Below are positions 9,154 through 17,401 of a stretch of DNA of 32,000 nt, piece by piece. Source of the DNA: Candidatus Kuenenia stuttgartensis (GTDB lineage Bacteria; Planctomycetota; Brocadiia; Brocadiales; Brocadiaceae); NCBI RefSeq assembly GCF_900232105.1, contig NZ_LT934425.1:3930001-3962000 (forward strand), given 5' to 3'. The notes below the pieces were generated by a model, which saw only the letters and a list, made by a program, of their open reading frames with translations, ran no database searches and was not told the DNA's origin. Positions within the stretch are counted from its first letter, which is position 1, and each line of letters starts with the position of its first letter. The translations under genes were made by a program, and so were the position numbers.

Positions 9154-9256
9154 AATGTAGTTCCTTTTTTTGCAGATTTAAAACAGGCATCGTTCAGGTC
9201 AACTTATTTACATATACTCGTGGATAGTTGACCTCTCTTATTTTTGAGAACTGAAA

Positions 9257-10468
9257 ATGACAAAGGTCGTTATTACTGGATTAGGATTGGTCACTCCGGT
9301 TGGAACCGGTTTAAAAAAAAGCTGGGAATCTTTTGCACAAGGGCGTGATGGGGCTTGTGAAATGAAATCATTTGACACCTCCTTGTACAAGGTACACAGG
9401 TCGTGCGAGGTAAAGGATTTCTTCCTCGATGTCGAACTGGAAAACCAGATCAGCGAAAATACCCTTCACAAGTATGTTTATTATGCGGCAAGAGAGGCAT
9501 TGCTGGAAAGCGGATTACATGGAGATAAGAAATCGGGTAGAGAACGGTTTGGTATTGCCATAGGAACGCTTGCTGCAGAGCTGACCCCTTTTGAGCGACT
9601 TTTAAGAAAAAACACTTCTTTAAAAAATAATGGATTCGACCACAAAGTAGCTGCGGTATACCCCCCCAATTCTATCACGAAGATGCTGGCAAATTATTTC
9701 AACTTTGAAGGGCAGTCAATGATATCCCTTAATGCCTGCTCTTCCGGGAATCATGCCATTGCCTGGGCGTATGACCGTCTGATTGACAATAAGCTTGATG
9801 TGGTAATGGTGGGAGGAGCCGATATGATTCCTCAAACGGAATTTACCCACTTTCATAATCTTAAGGCATTAACGCCTGATAAATGCCAGCCTTTTGACAA
9901 GAATCGTAAGGGGCTTATGATTGGAGAGGGCGCTGGTATATTGATTATGGAACGTTATGAATATGCAAAAAATCGCGGCGCTGCAATTATTGCCGAAATG
10001 GCGGGATATGGGCTGAGTTGCGACGGGTTTCACATGACTGCCCCGCATCCGGAAGGGGATGGGGCGGTAAAATCCATGAGTGATGCGCTTAAAATGGCGA
10101 GAATGAATCCGGAGGATATCGGATATATTAACGCTCACGGAACTGGTACGCCACATAATGATAGAACGGAGACTATTGCGATAAAAAGAGTTTTCGGTGA
10201 GCATGCTTACAAAATTCCGTGTAGTTCCACGAAGTCCATGATAGGACACCTCATGGGCGCCGCAAGCGCCGTGGAGTCTGTAATATGTTGTTTAGTATTG
10301 AGGCATGGTATAATTCCTCCAACAATCAATTACGAGACCCCTGACCCGGAATGCAATCTGGATGTAACGCCAAACAATGCCCGCGAGGCAAATGTATCCT
10401 GTATTGTTAATAATTCATTTGCCTTCGGGGGCAATAATGCAACTACTATTTTTAGAAAATTAGAGTAA
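9257..10468 (+). CDS. fabF: Beta-ketoacyl-ACP synthase II-type ketosynthase with an intact Cys-His-His triad
   Basis: LNACSSGNHAI (active-site Cys), NAHGTGTPHND (His), SSTKSMIGHLMGAAS (Lys/His), C-terminal NSFAFGGNNAT. Confidence 0.85.
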   Translation: MTKVVITGLGLVTPVGTGLKKSWESFAQGRDGACEMKSFDTSLYKVHRSCEVKDFFLDVELENQISENTLHKYVYYAAREALLESGLHGDKKSGRERFGIAIGTLAAELTPFERLLRKNTSLKNNGFDHKVAAVYPPNSITKMLANYFNFEGQSMISLNACSSGNHAIAWAYDRLIDNKLDVVMVGGADMIPQTEFTHFHNLKALTPDKCQPFDKNRKGLMIGEGAGILIMERYEYAKNRGAAIIAEMAGYGLSCDGFHMTAPHPEGDGAVKSMSDALKMARMNPEDIGYINAHGTGTPHNDRTETIAIKRVFGEHAYKIPCSSTKSMIGHLMGAASAVESVICCLVLRHGIIPPTINYETPDPECNLDVTPNNAREANVSCIVNNSFAFGGNNATTIFRKLE

Positions 10469-10486
10469 TTAACCAATAATAAGGGC

Positions 10487-11722
10487 ATGAAAAAAAGGGT
10501 AGTGATAACAGGATTGGGGGCGGTATCGCCCCTTGGAAATACGAAAGAAGAATTCTGGAATGGACTTGTAGAAGGGAAATCAGGCATTGCCCCGATGACT
10601 TCACTTGATTTATCCTGTTATAAGTCCAAATTAGGCGGGGAAGTACGCGATCTCCTGCCGGAAATCCATTTGGGGAAAAAGGGGCTGCGTTATTTGAATA
10701 AAGGCACATACTTTCTCGGTTCTGCCGCTAAAATGGCACTTGATGATTCAAAATTACCTCAGGATGGTTCTCTGGAAGATACGATTGGCATTATTATCGG
10801 GTCATCTCTGGGAAATTTTTCTGAAACTACAGATTATTTTTATGAAATAATACGGAATAACCCGTCAGAATTGTCCCCTATGTGCAGTTACGATGTGGCA
10901 TTAAACTCTTCTGTCAATTATGTGTCCGTTCTCTTTAAAGCAAAAGGGCCCGTTCGTACTATTTCTGCAGGATTTACGTCAAGCATCGATGCCATAGAAG
11001 ATGCATACCGAATGATACGGAATGATAGGGCAAAAGTTATGATAACCGGTGGTGTTGAGCAGATTTCCATTGATTTGTATTTGATATTTTACCTCAGAAA
11101 ATATCTTTCCGGTATCAATGGGGGGCAGGAAATTAGCGCTCCCTTCGATGCAAAACGAAACGGATTCATTATGGCAGAGGGTAGCTATGTAATCATCCTT
11201 GAAGAGCTTCAGCACGCATTGGAAAGGGGCGCCTCCATTTATGGTGAAATAAAAGGATTTGGGAATACCTATGTGGGTGCAAAAAATTATTCTCTCCTTG
11301 AAAGAGTAAGCAGTGTTGAAAAAGCCATGCAGGAAGCATTACAGCGAGCGGGGATAAAGAAGGAAGATTTAGATTGCATGAGCGTAAATGCGAATGGATG
11401 CAAAATACAGGACCCCATAGAGGCAAACGCCATACAATTTCTGTATGGTGAGGACGTAAAACATATCCCTATATCTGCAATAAAATCAAACGTGGGAGAG
11501 TCTTACGGTACGGCAGGCGCCGCACAACTAGTTTCAACGGCTATGTCTATTAATAACGGCGTTATACCCCACATCATCAATCACCAGGGAAAAGAGCCGG
11601 AAAATAACCTCAACCTCGTCCTCGGTAAACCACTTCGCAAACAAACCAACCATGCAATGATTAACAACATGGATTTTGAAGGTAATAATTCTTGTCTGGT
11701 CGTGAGCCGCTTCACTCAATAA
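10487..11722 (+). CDS. Ketosynthase-like protein lacking the catalytic triad (CLF / KS-beta-like partner)
   Basis: Full-length thiolase-fold KS homologue. By manual alignment to FabF, Cys is replaced by Phe163 (ISAGFTSSIDAI), His by Asn303 (VNANGCKIQD) and His by Glu338 (IKSNVGESYGTAG). Starts 18 nt after the stop of the upstream KS. Confidence 0.75.
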   Translation: MKKRVVITGLGAVSPLGNTKEEFWNGLVEGKSGIAPMTSLDLSCYKSKLGGEVRDLLPEIHLGKKGLRYLNKGTYFLGSAAKMALDDSKLPQDGSLEDTIGIIIGSSLGNFSETTDYFYEIIRNNPSELSPMCSYDVALNSSVNYVSVLFKAKGPVRTISAGFTSSIDAIEDAYRMIRNDRAKVMITGGVEQISIDLYLIFYLRKYLSGINGGQEISAPFDAKRNGFIMAEGSYVIILEELQHALERGASIYGEIKGFGNTYVGAKNYSLLERVSSVEKAMQEALQRAGIKKEDLDCMSVNANGCKIQDPIEANAIQFLYGEDVKHIPISAIKSNVGESYGTAGAAQLVSTAMSINNGVIPHIINHQGKEPENNLNLVLGKPLRKQTNHAMINNMDFEGNNSCLVVSRFTQ

Positions 11723-11753
11723 AACACTGGAGAATGGCGATTATTATTAAATA

Positions 11754-11809
11754 GGGACACATCCCATTTAACCTACTATACAACTATTAAGTAATTGGGA
11801 TGTGTTCCC
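11754..11809. repeat. Imperfect inverted repeat (13/14 bp) between convergent genes
   Basis: gggacacatccca (11754-11766) versus tgggatgtgttccc (11796-11809). The right arm encodes the atypical C-terminal tail of the GxxExxY ORF. Confidence 0.6.
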
Positions 11810-12134
11810 ATTTTCCCCCAGTTATCTTGAGGTAATTCAATATCTGGCCGCGTTCAATATCGGTGATTTTCTTGATGGTTTTGGTATCCACAACTATCTG
11901 ATCGAAAACAATAAGGTCGGGAATGTATTTCCCCATCTTCACCGATTTATAGATCACATCAAAACGCGGTTGCTGGTTAACGGGAATCCCCCGTGGTCCT
12001 AACTCTACGACCAAAGCATTCTCGTATGGCTTTTCCAACAAACCATGTCCAAACGTATTCAGCACTTCCATAGCATCGCCAACTACCTGAAATACTTCCT
12101 CCTTCAGTATCAGACTACACATTGCGTCAGTCAT
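11787..12134 (-). CDS. GxxExxY family protein (PD-(D/E)XK-like fold), with an apparently replaced C-terminal end
   Basis: GHGLLEKPYENALVVEL...YIPDLIVFDQIVVDTKT...ERGQILNYLKITG matches the GxxExxY family pattern. The expected hydrophobic C-terminal strand is replaced by GKWEHIPIT. Confidence 0.7.
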   Translation of the reverse strand: MTDAMCSLILKEEVFQVVGDAMEVLNTFGHGLLEKPYENALVVELGPRGIPVNQQPRFDVIYKSVKMGKYIPDLIVFDQIVVDTKTIKKITDIERGQILNYLKITGGKWEHIPIT

Positions 12135-12141
12135 TGGCGTC

Positions 12142-12571
12142 CTATGCTGGAAGAATTTTACGTTCGTGAGCTATTTCAAAACCATCAGGGACCGGCTTGA
12201 ACAGTTTATCTGGCGAACGGTGACTGCTTTGGAAAGTGCGCAGTGTCTGAATGTCGATTGCGCCGGTTACGAAATAATCCTCTACTCCACCTTTTACTCG
12301 TACAATGTCGCGCATCCAGCTGTCCTTATGCGGAGCGCGGATTCGGCTATCGCCGTATTGGCGATCATTACACTGGATGATGTAGGAATGAATATCCAAA
12401 GCGGCAGACTCCACCAGAGCGTTGAAAGATTCCGTGTCCTGATTCCATTCAAGCACAAACAGGGCGTCCACTTTTCCGCGCAAGGCACTGCGGTAAGCGA
12501 TATTTGTCAGCTCGCTACAGACAAGTAGCGCAAATTGAAAGTCGCCATGGTTGATGAGCGGTGGTGATGCC
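12142..12571 (-). pseudogene. 3' fragment of a carbon-nitrogen hydrolase-fold gene split by an IS insertion
   Basis: Carries the Cys-containing segment FALLVCSEL and the downstream CN-hydrolase-like core. It joins in frame to fragment 13958..14748 once the IS and one TSD copy are removed. Confidence 0.75.
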
Positions 12572-13957
12572 CCATAAGCGCTAACTTGTTTTATTGACAA
12601 ATTTTATTCATCATGGTATTTTTATGTTAATTATCCCGCTAATCACTCTATAGGAGGATAAAGCCATGATGAGAGAAGATTGGGATCTTCTAAGAACTTT
12701 CTTCCCAAACGATTGGAAAAGTTTAGCCGTTGATACAAATGCTTTAAAAGGCTTGCGCAAGGATAAATCTGAAGAAAAGCTTCTTCGAACATTATTAATT
12801 CATTTAGGATGTGGCTATTCATTGCGTGAAACAGTAGTTCGAGCCAAGCGTGCTAACTTAGCAGATTTATCCGATGTTGCCTTATTAAAGCGATTAAAAA
12901 AGAGCAAAGAATGGCTATATAAATTATGTTTATCTTTATTCCGTGAGCGTGGCCTCCAAATTAATAAACGGAATAATTTTCATCTTCGCTTATTTGATGC
13001 AACAACAGTAAAGGAACCTGGGAAAACAGGAAGTCTTTGGCGCATTCATTATAGTATTGAGGTTCCTTCATTATCTTGCGATTTCTTTAAACTTACGGGA
13101 ACTGAAGGAGAAGGCACAGGAGAATCTTTTCGGCAGTTTCCGATGAAAAAAGATGATTATATTATAGCTGACAGAGGTTACTGTACTGGCCAAGGAATTC
13201 ATCATGCAACAAGGAAAGGCGCTTATCTTAGCGTTAGAGTTAATTCGCAATCTCTACGGATATTCGGCGAAGAAAAGAAACCCTTTCCTTTATTGAAAGA
13301 AATCCAATATTTAAAAAGACCCCTTGCTATAAAATCATGGAACGTTTTTATTCCAAACGTTGATAATACTGAATATGTCAAAGGTCGTCTTTGTATAATA
13401 CACAAAACAGAAGAAGCCATTAAAATAGCTCATAAAAAACTTAAAAGACATGCAAGCAAAAAGGGCATTGAACTAAAACCGGAGACCCTTATTTATGCCA
13501 AGTACGTAATAGTATTCACAACGTTTCCTGAAAATCAATTTACCGCTTTTGATATCTTAGAATGGTATCGAGTTCGATGGCAAATTGAACTGGTCTTTAA
13601 AAGATTTAAACAAATAGCACAATTTGGACACTTACCTAAATACGATGATGATAGCTCAAAAGCTTGGCTTTATGGCAAACTATTCGTTGCTCTTTTGACA
13701 GAAAAACTAATAGATTTTGCTACGTCTTTTTCCCCCTGGGGATACTTCATTGTCAAGCAAGAAGACTAAAAGCAAATGGCGTGAATTTGCTTTTATGCTT
13801 AATCAAGTAAAACGGGCTATAGAACCAGCGTTATCATTACAGGAAGTTCTTAAGTGCTGGAATGACATTGCTTGTTCTTTAGCAGAAAATACAAGAATCC
13901 GAAAAACACAGATATCAAAATACTTCGAGCGCACCTAAAACAAGTTAGCGCTTATGG
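12572..13957 (+). mobile_element. IS4-family insertion sequence (1386 bp) with 22-bp perfect terminal inverted repeats and a 9-bp target-site duplication
   Basis: IRL ccataagcgctaacttgtttta (12572-12593) is the exact reverse complement of 13936-13957. Flanking direct repeat ggtgatgcc at 12563-12571 and 13958-13966. Confidence 0.9.
12666..13769 (+). CDS. IS4-family DDE transposase; the C-terminal ~60 aa continue in the +1 frame (13717..13938)
   Basis: ADRGY (second Asp) and YRVRWQIELVFKRFK (the Y-R-E-K signature of IS4-type transposases). The tail ...SKWREFAFML... lies in a different frame, so there is an apparent frameshift near the homopolymers around 13731-13770. Confidence 0.8.
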   Translation: MMREDWDLLRTFFPNDWKSLAVDTNALKGLRKDKSEEKLLRTLLIHLGCGYSLRETVVRAKRANLADLSDVALLKRLKKSKEWLYKLCLSLFRERGLQINKRNNFHLRLFDATTVKEPGKTGSLWRIHYSIEVPSLSCDFFKLTGTEGEGTGESFRQFPMKKDDYIIADRGYCTGQGIHHATRKGAYLSVRVNSQSLRIFGEEKKPFPLLKEIQYLKRPLAIKSWNVFIPNVDNTEYVKGRLCIIHKTEEAIKIAHKKLKRHASKKGIELKPETLIYAKYVIVFTTFPENQFTAFDILEWYRVRWQIELVFKRFKQIAQFGHLPKYDDDSSKAWLYGKLFVALLTEKLIDFATSFSPWGYFIVKQED

Positions 13958-14748
13958 GGTGATGCCCACGGCTTTAGTTGAGGTCGAAGGGTTTTGCCGC
14001 TGACGCGATGCAATTCCTGTTCTTCGTGCAAAGCCGGATGCTGTTTGTCCTGCCGGTAAATCATGGTTGTTGGAAAACCGAACGCATCGTGTAACAGCGC
14101 CGCCCAAACCTGATTATGCACAGTGTTTTTCGGTGCATGCAGATATTCGATGCCACAAATAAGCGAAATCCTCTTGCCTTGCAGTTTGCGCACTATGGCG
14201 AGGAACCAGTGTATTGGTATGGAAAGTTCCGACAGAATGAGATAATCGAGGCGTTTTCGACATTGGATGACACTGTTCAGCAAATGATTGAGGCGATCTA
14301 AACGCGGAACGTCAGGATCGGGATGGCGACTGGCAGAGGCGATCCAGCTTTTTATATCCGTCTTCCAACTGGTTATCGCGATGAGTATGGGGTTTTGAGA
14401 CCGTTCGCCATAAGGTATTTCTATCGGATACCCCGGCTTGGAGTTTTTGAAGATTGGCAAGTTGCCTTCTGGCCTAAATCCACGCAGCGCCAGCAGGCAG
14501 TCTGCTATTTCGGTGGAGCCTTCTTTTGAAAAGGGATCGGCATGTAGGATGTAGATGTCATGAATGCCTAAGGGCCTGGTCGGAAACAAGAGACCAGACG
14601 AGGTTTTCTCCGTGCTGGGCACTTTTGCCAGCCGCATGACAATGTGATATCCTTTAAGAATCGTATTCCCTAGCAAAGCTGAAACACCTGAACTATCAAA
14701 ATTGCCGAGTTCTTTTCGGGCTATCGGGGAACGCGTCAGGCCGGACAA
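13958..14748 (-). pseudogene. 5' fragment of the IS-disrupted carbon-nitrogen hydrolase-fold gene
   Basis: Contains the Glu segment DYLILSELSIP and the Lys segment YRQDKQHPA. In the current state it reads into the IS and stops at 13945. The start is uncertain: TTG at 14748, with a stop three codons upstream. Confidence 0.7.
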
Positions 14749-15161
14749 TGCGGGTTGCTACGTCTTAGAATAAATGCTCCAAAAATGCCCAATTAGTCTC
14801 AGAATATTTGAGTCTAATACCCAGCAAATGATTTGAAAAATCTTACCCAGCTACCCCGCCTTTTTTTTATCCTGCGTAAGTATTTCACTTGATTTTTTGT
14901 TCACGTTAAGAAAAATACATCGTTTACCCCGTTAGAAAGAAGTTCCGTCCGTAAGGCGGAGTAAAGCCTCATTAAATAGTTTGGAAGAGGTTAAAACCAC
15001 TTCCAAACTTCCTAACGGCGGTTTACTTCCCAGTTCCCCGTTTTCACGAGGACAAGTTTTGTAAGATTTTTCCGGAACATAAAAAACTCAGGGCAGGAGG
15101 ACCGAACGTTGGGAAACTTCATCCTCCTGCCCATTTCCCCCCTATACAAAGGAGGCAGTGC

Positions 15162-15800
15162 GTGAATATTATAGAAAAAATCCACAAGCATGAAAAGCTT
15201 ATTGCGACAAAACAGAAGCCATGCTTTTGTCCAAAGTGCAAGAGTACCCATGTCAATTTCACCCTTCATGAATGCAGATATCGGTTGTTTCACGTTATTA
15301 TCGACTCCCTTGTTCATACGATAGAATCTTTCCTGGGACGTTGGAAATGTTCCTTGTGCAAGAAGACGTTTACTTCCTATCCTGAGTATGCGCTCCCTTA
15401 CAAGCGGTACGTAAAGGATCACTGTCTCTCCTTCAGTCAGGCTTATGTCAAAGATGATACAGAAACCTACCGGAGTGTCTCCTCTGCCATCGGATATACT
15501 ACCCGAACACAGGAAATAGACAACCGCATGCTTGCCTGGTCAACCGTTTGGAGGTGGCTGCGTTTCTTTGGCTCACTGAAATACACACTCCGCAACGCCT
15601 TTGACCTCATCAGGCAGGCCGACCCCAACTCTCCGGTTTTTCGCCAAATGTTTCCCATTTACCACGGAAAGTATAAAAGCAAACAACGAAAAACCTCCCT
15701 CGATCAATCGATTCAATTGTTCAGCGCCGAGCCGGAATATCACCGAATTTTTGGGCATTCATTTTTCCCCGAACTGGCAACAAAAAGCGGCTGGTCTTGA
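15162..15800 (+). CDS. Zinc-ribbon protein (two CxxC pairs) of unknown function, first gene of the transposon module
   Basis: GTG start 7 nt after AAGGAGG. Contains CPKC...CSLC. I cannot assign a confident family. Confidence 0.5.
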   Translation: MNIIEKIHKHEKLIATKQKPCFCPKCKSTHVNFTLHECRYRLFHVIIDSLVHTIESFLGRWKCSLCKKTFTSYPEYALPYKRYVKDHCLSFSQAYVKDDTETYRSVSSAIGYTTRTQEIDNRMLAWSTVWRWLRFFGSLKYTLRNAFDLIRQADPNSPVFRQMFPIYHGKYKSKQRKTSLDQSIQLFSAEPEYHRIFGHSFFPELATKSGWS

Positions 15801-15838
15801 GTTACAATCACCTCCACACTTAAAAAAGGAGGTGAATT

Positions 15839-17399
15839 ATGAAATCGAAAGACGAAAAATGGGCTTTATTCTGGTGCAATCTTCTGCATCCTGTCATCTT
15901 CGGTGAGATTGAGAAGGAGCAGACCAACCTTTTTCTGAAAAAACTCTGCCTTCAGGAGGTCGTATTCCCCAACGGAAAGCGGAAAAGACCCACTATCTCT
16001 ACCCTCAGGAGAAAACTCAACCGCTACCGCAAAGATGGATTTCAATCTCTTGCAAGAAAGGCGAGGAGCGACCGTGGCGCATCCAGAAGGTTTTCTCCTG
16101 AAATTATCGACAAAGCCGTTGAACTCAAAAAAGAACAACCACGCCGCAGCGACGATTGCCTCAACCGCTTTCTTGAGAAATACTATGGGAAAACGATCCC
16201 CAAATCCACCCTCTACCGCCATCTCAGACTCGCAGGGGCGACCCGGCTCAAACTCGGCGTCTCACAGCAAAAGGTGCGTATACGCTCTTAGCCGTGAGCA
16301 TACCCACGACCTCTGGATTGGCGACTTCCAGGAAGGCCCTTTCGTGCTCGTTGACGGCGAGGCGCTTCCCACAAACCTCTGTCTCTTTATCGACTGCTAC
16401 AGCCGTTATGTGGTCGAAGGACGGTATTATCTCAAACAAACCCTCGATATCCTTATCGATTCTCTCATCAGGGCCTGGACTATCCACGGCTCGCCCAAAG
16501 AACTCTACCTCGACAATGCCAAGGTCTACCACTCTGACGCCCTGCGCTCTGCCTGTTACAACCTCGGCATTAAACTCATCCACAGACCACCACGCGACCC
16601 TGCTCCCGGCGGACTGGTCGAACGTTTCTTCGGCACCAGCCAGACACAGTTCGAGTCGGAAGTCCGCTCCGGCGACATTATCACCCTTGATGCCATTAAC
16701 CAGGCCTTCTCCGCTTACCTTGCCGTTGTCTATCACGCAAGAATCCACTCCGAAACCAATCAATCTCCAAAACAACGCTACGACGAGGGGCTTACCGTCA
16801 TCCGACACGTCGATATGGACGCCGCTCTTGCCTTCTTCATGAAACGCATCCCCAGAACCGTTGACAGAACCTTTGCCGATGTCCGCATTGATAACCGCTT
16901 TTACCGTGTTGACCCCAAACTCAGAGGCGATAAAGTAGAAGTCCGTTACGACCCATACGGCGATCTCAAAAAGGTCTTGATCTATTCCGCAAACGGTGAA
17001 TACCTCGGCTCGGGAAATCTCTACCTGCGCGACCAGGGCGCTGAAACTCCAGCCGCCTCACCTTCAAAACCAAAACATAATTACCTCGACCTTATCACTC
17101 AGAAACACAAATCCATTCTCCAGGCTCAGGCCAAAGGCATTGATTACCACCAAATCATCTCCGAACGACCCTGGCCATTCATGGCATTCGTCCAGAAACT
17201 CGCACTCCTCATGGGACACAAAGGCTCTCTCTCCGCCTTCAGCTCTCATGAACTCGAATCGCTTAAAAAATGCTACAACCGTATCCCCGCTCTCAACGAA
17301 TCATTGCTCACGGAGGCATTCCAAAATGCCTCCGTGAAAACCTTACCCTATATCATTCGTGAATTACAAATCGCTTACTCGAAAAAGGAGGTCTCTTAA
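15839..17399 (+). pseudogene. Mu/TnsB/TniA-like DDE (rve) transposase interrupted by a +1 frameshift near 16270-16291
   Basis: The N-terminal HTH part (15839..16291) ends ...QQKVRIRS*. The catalytic part continues in the +1 frame: SREHTHDLWIGDF (D), LYLDNAKVYHS (D), GGLVERFFGT (E). Mu-transposase-like C-terminal segment FYRVDPKLRGDKVEVRYDPYGDL. Confidence 0.75.
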
Positions 17400-17401
17400 C
17401 C

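Noticed and set aside
9196-9245. Possible intrinsic terminator between the radical SAM gene and the first KS (aggtcaact...agttgacct followed by a T-rich run)
   Set aside because: The stem is only 9 bp, AT-rich, with a 21-nt loop and an interrupted T tract. That is too weak to annotate, so the genes are treated as one operon.
15012-15422. 136-aa minus-strand ORF
   Set aside because: It spans the structured leader and runs antisense to the start of the Zn-ribbon gene, with no RBS or family signal.
16248-16842. ORFs 16248..16808 (-) and 16294..16842 (+) of 182-186 aa
   Set aside because: They overlap the DDE catalytic core of the Mu-like transposase in other frames or on the other strand, and have no motifs of their own.
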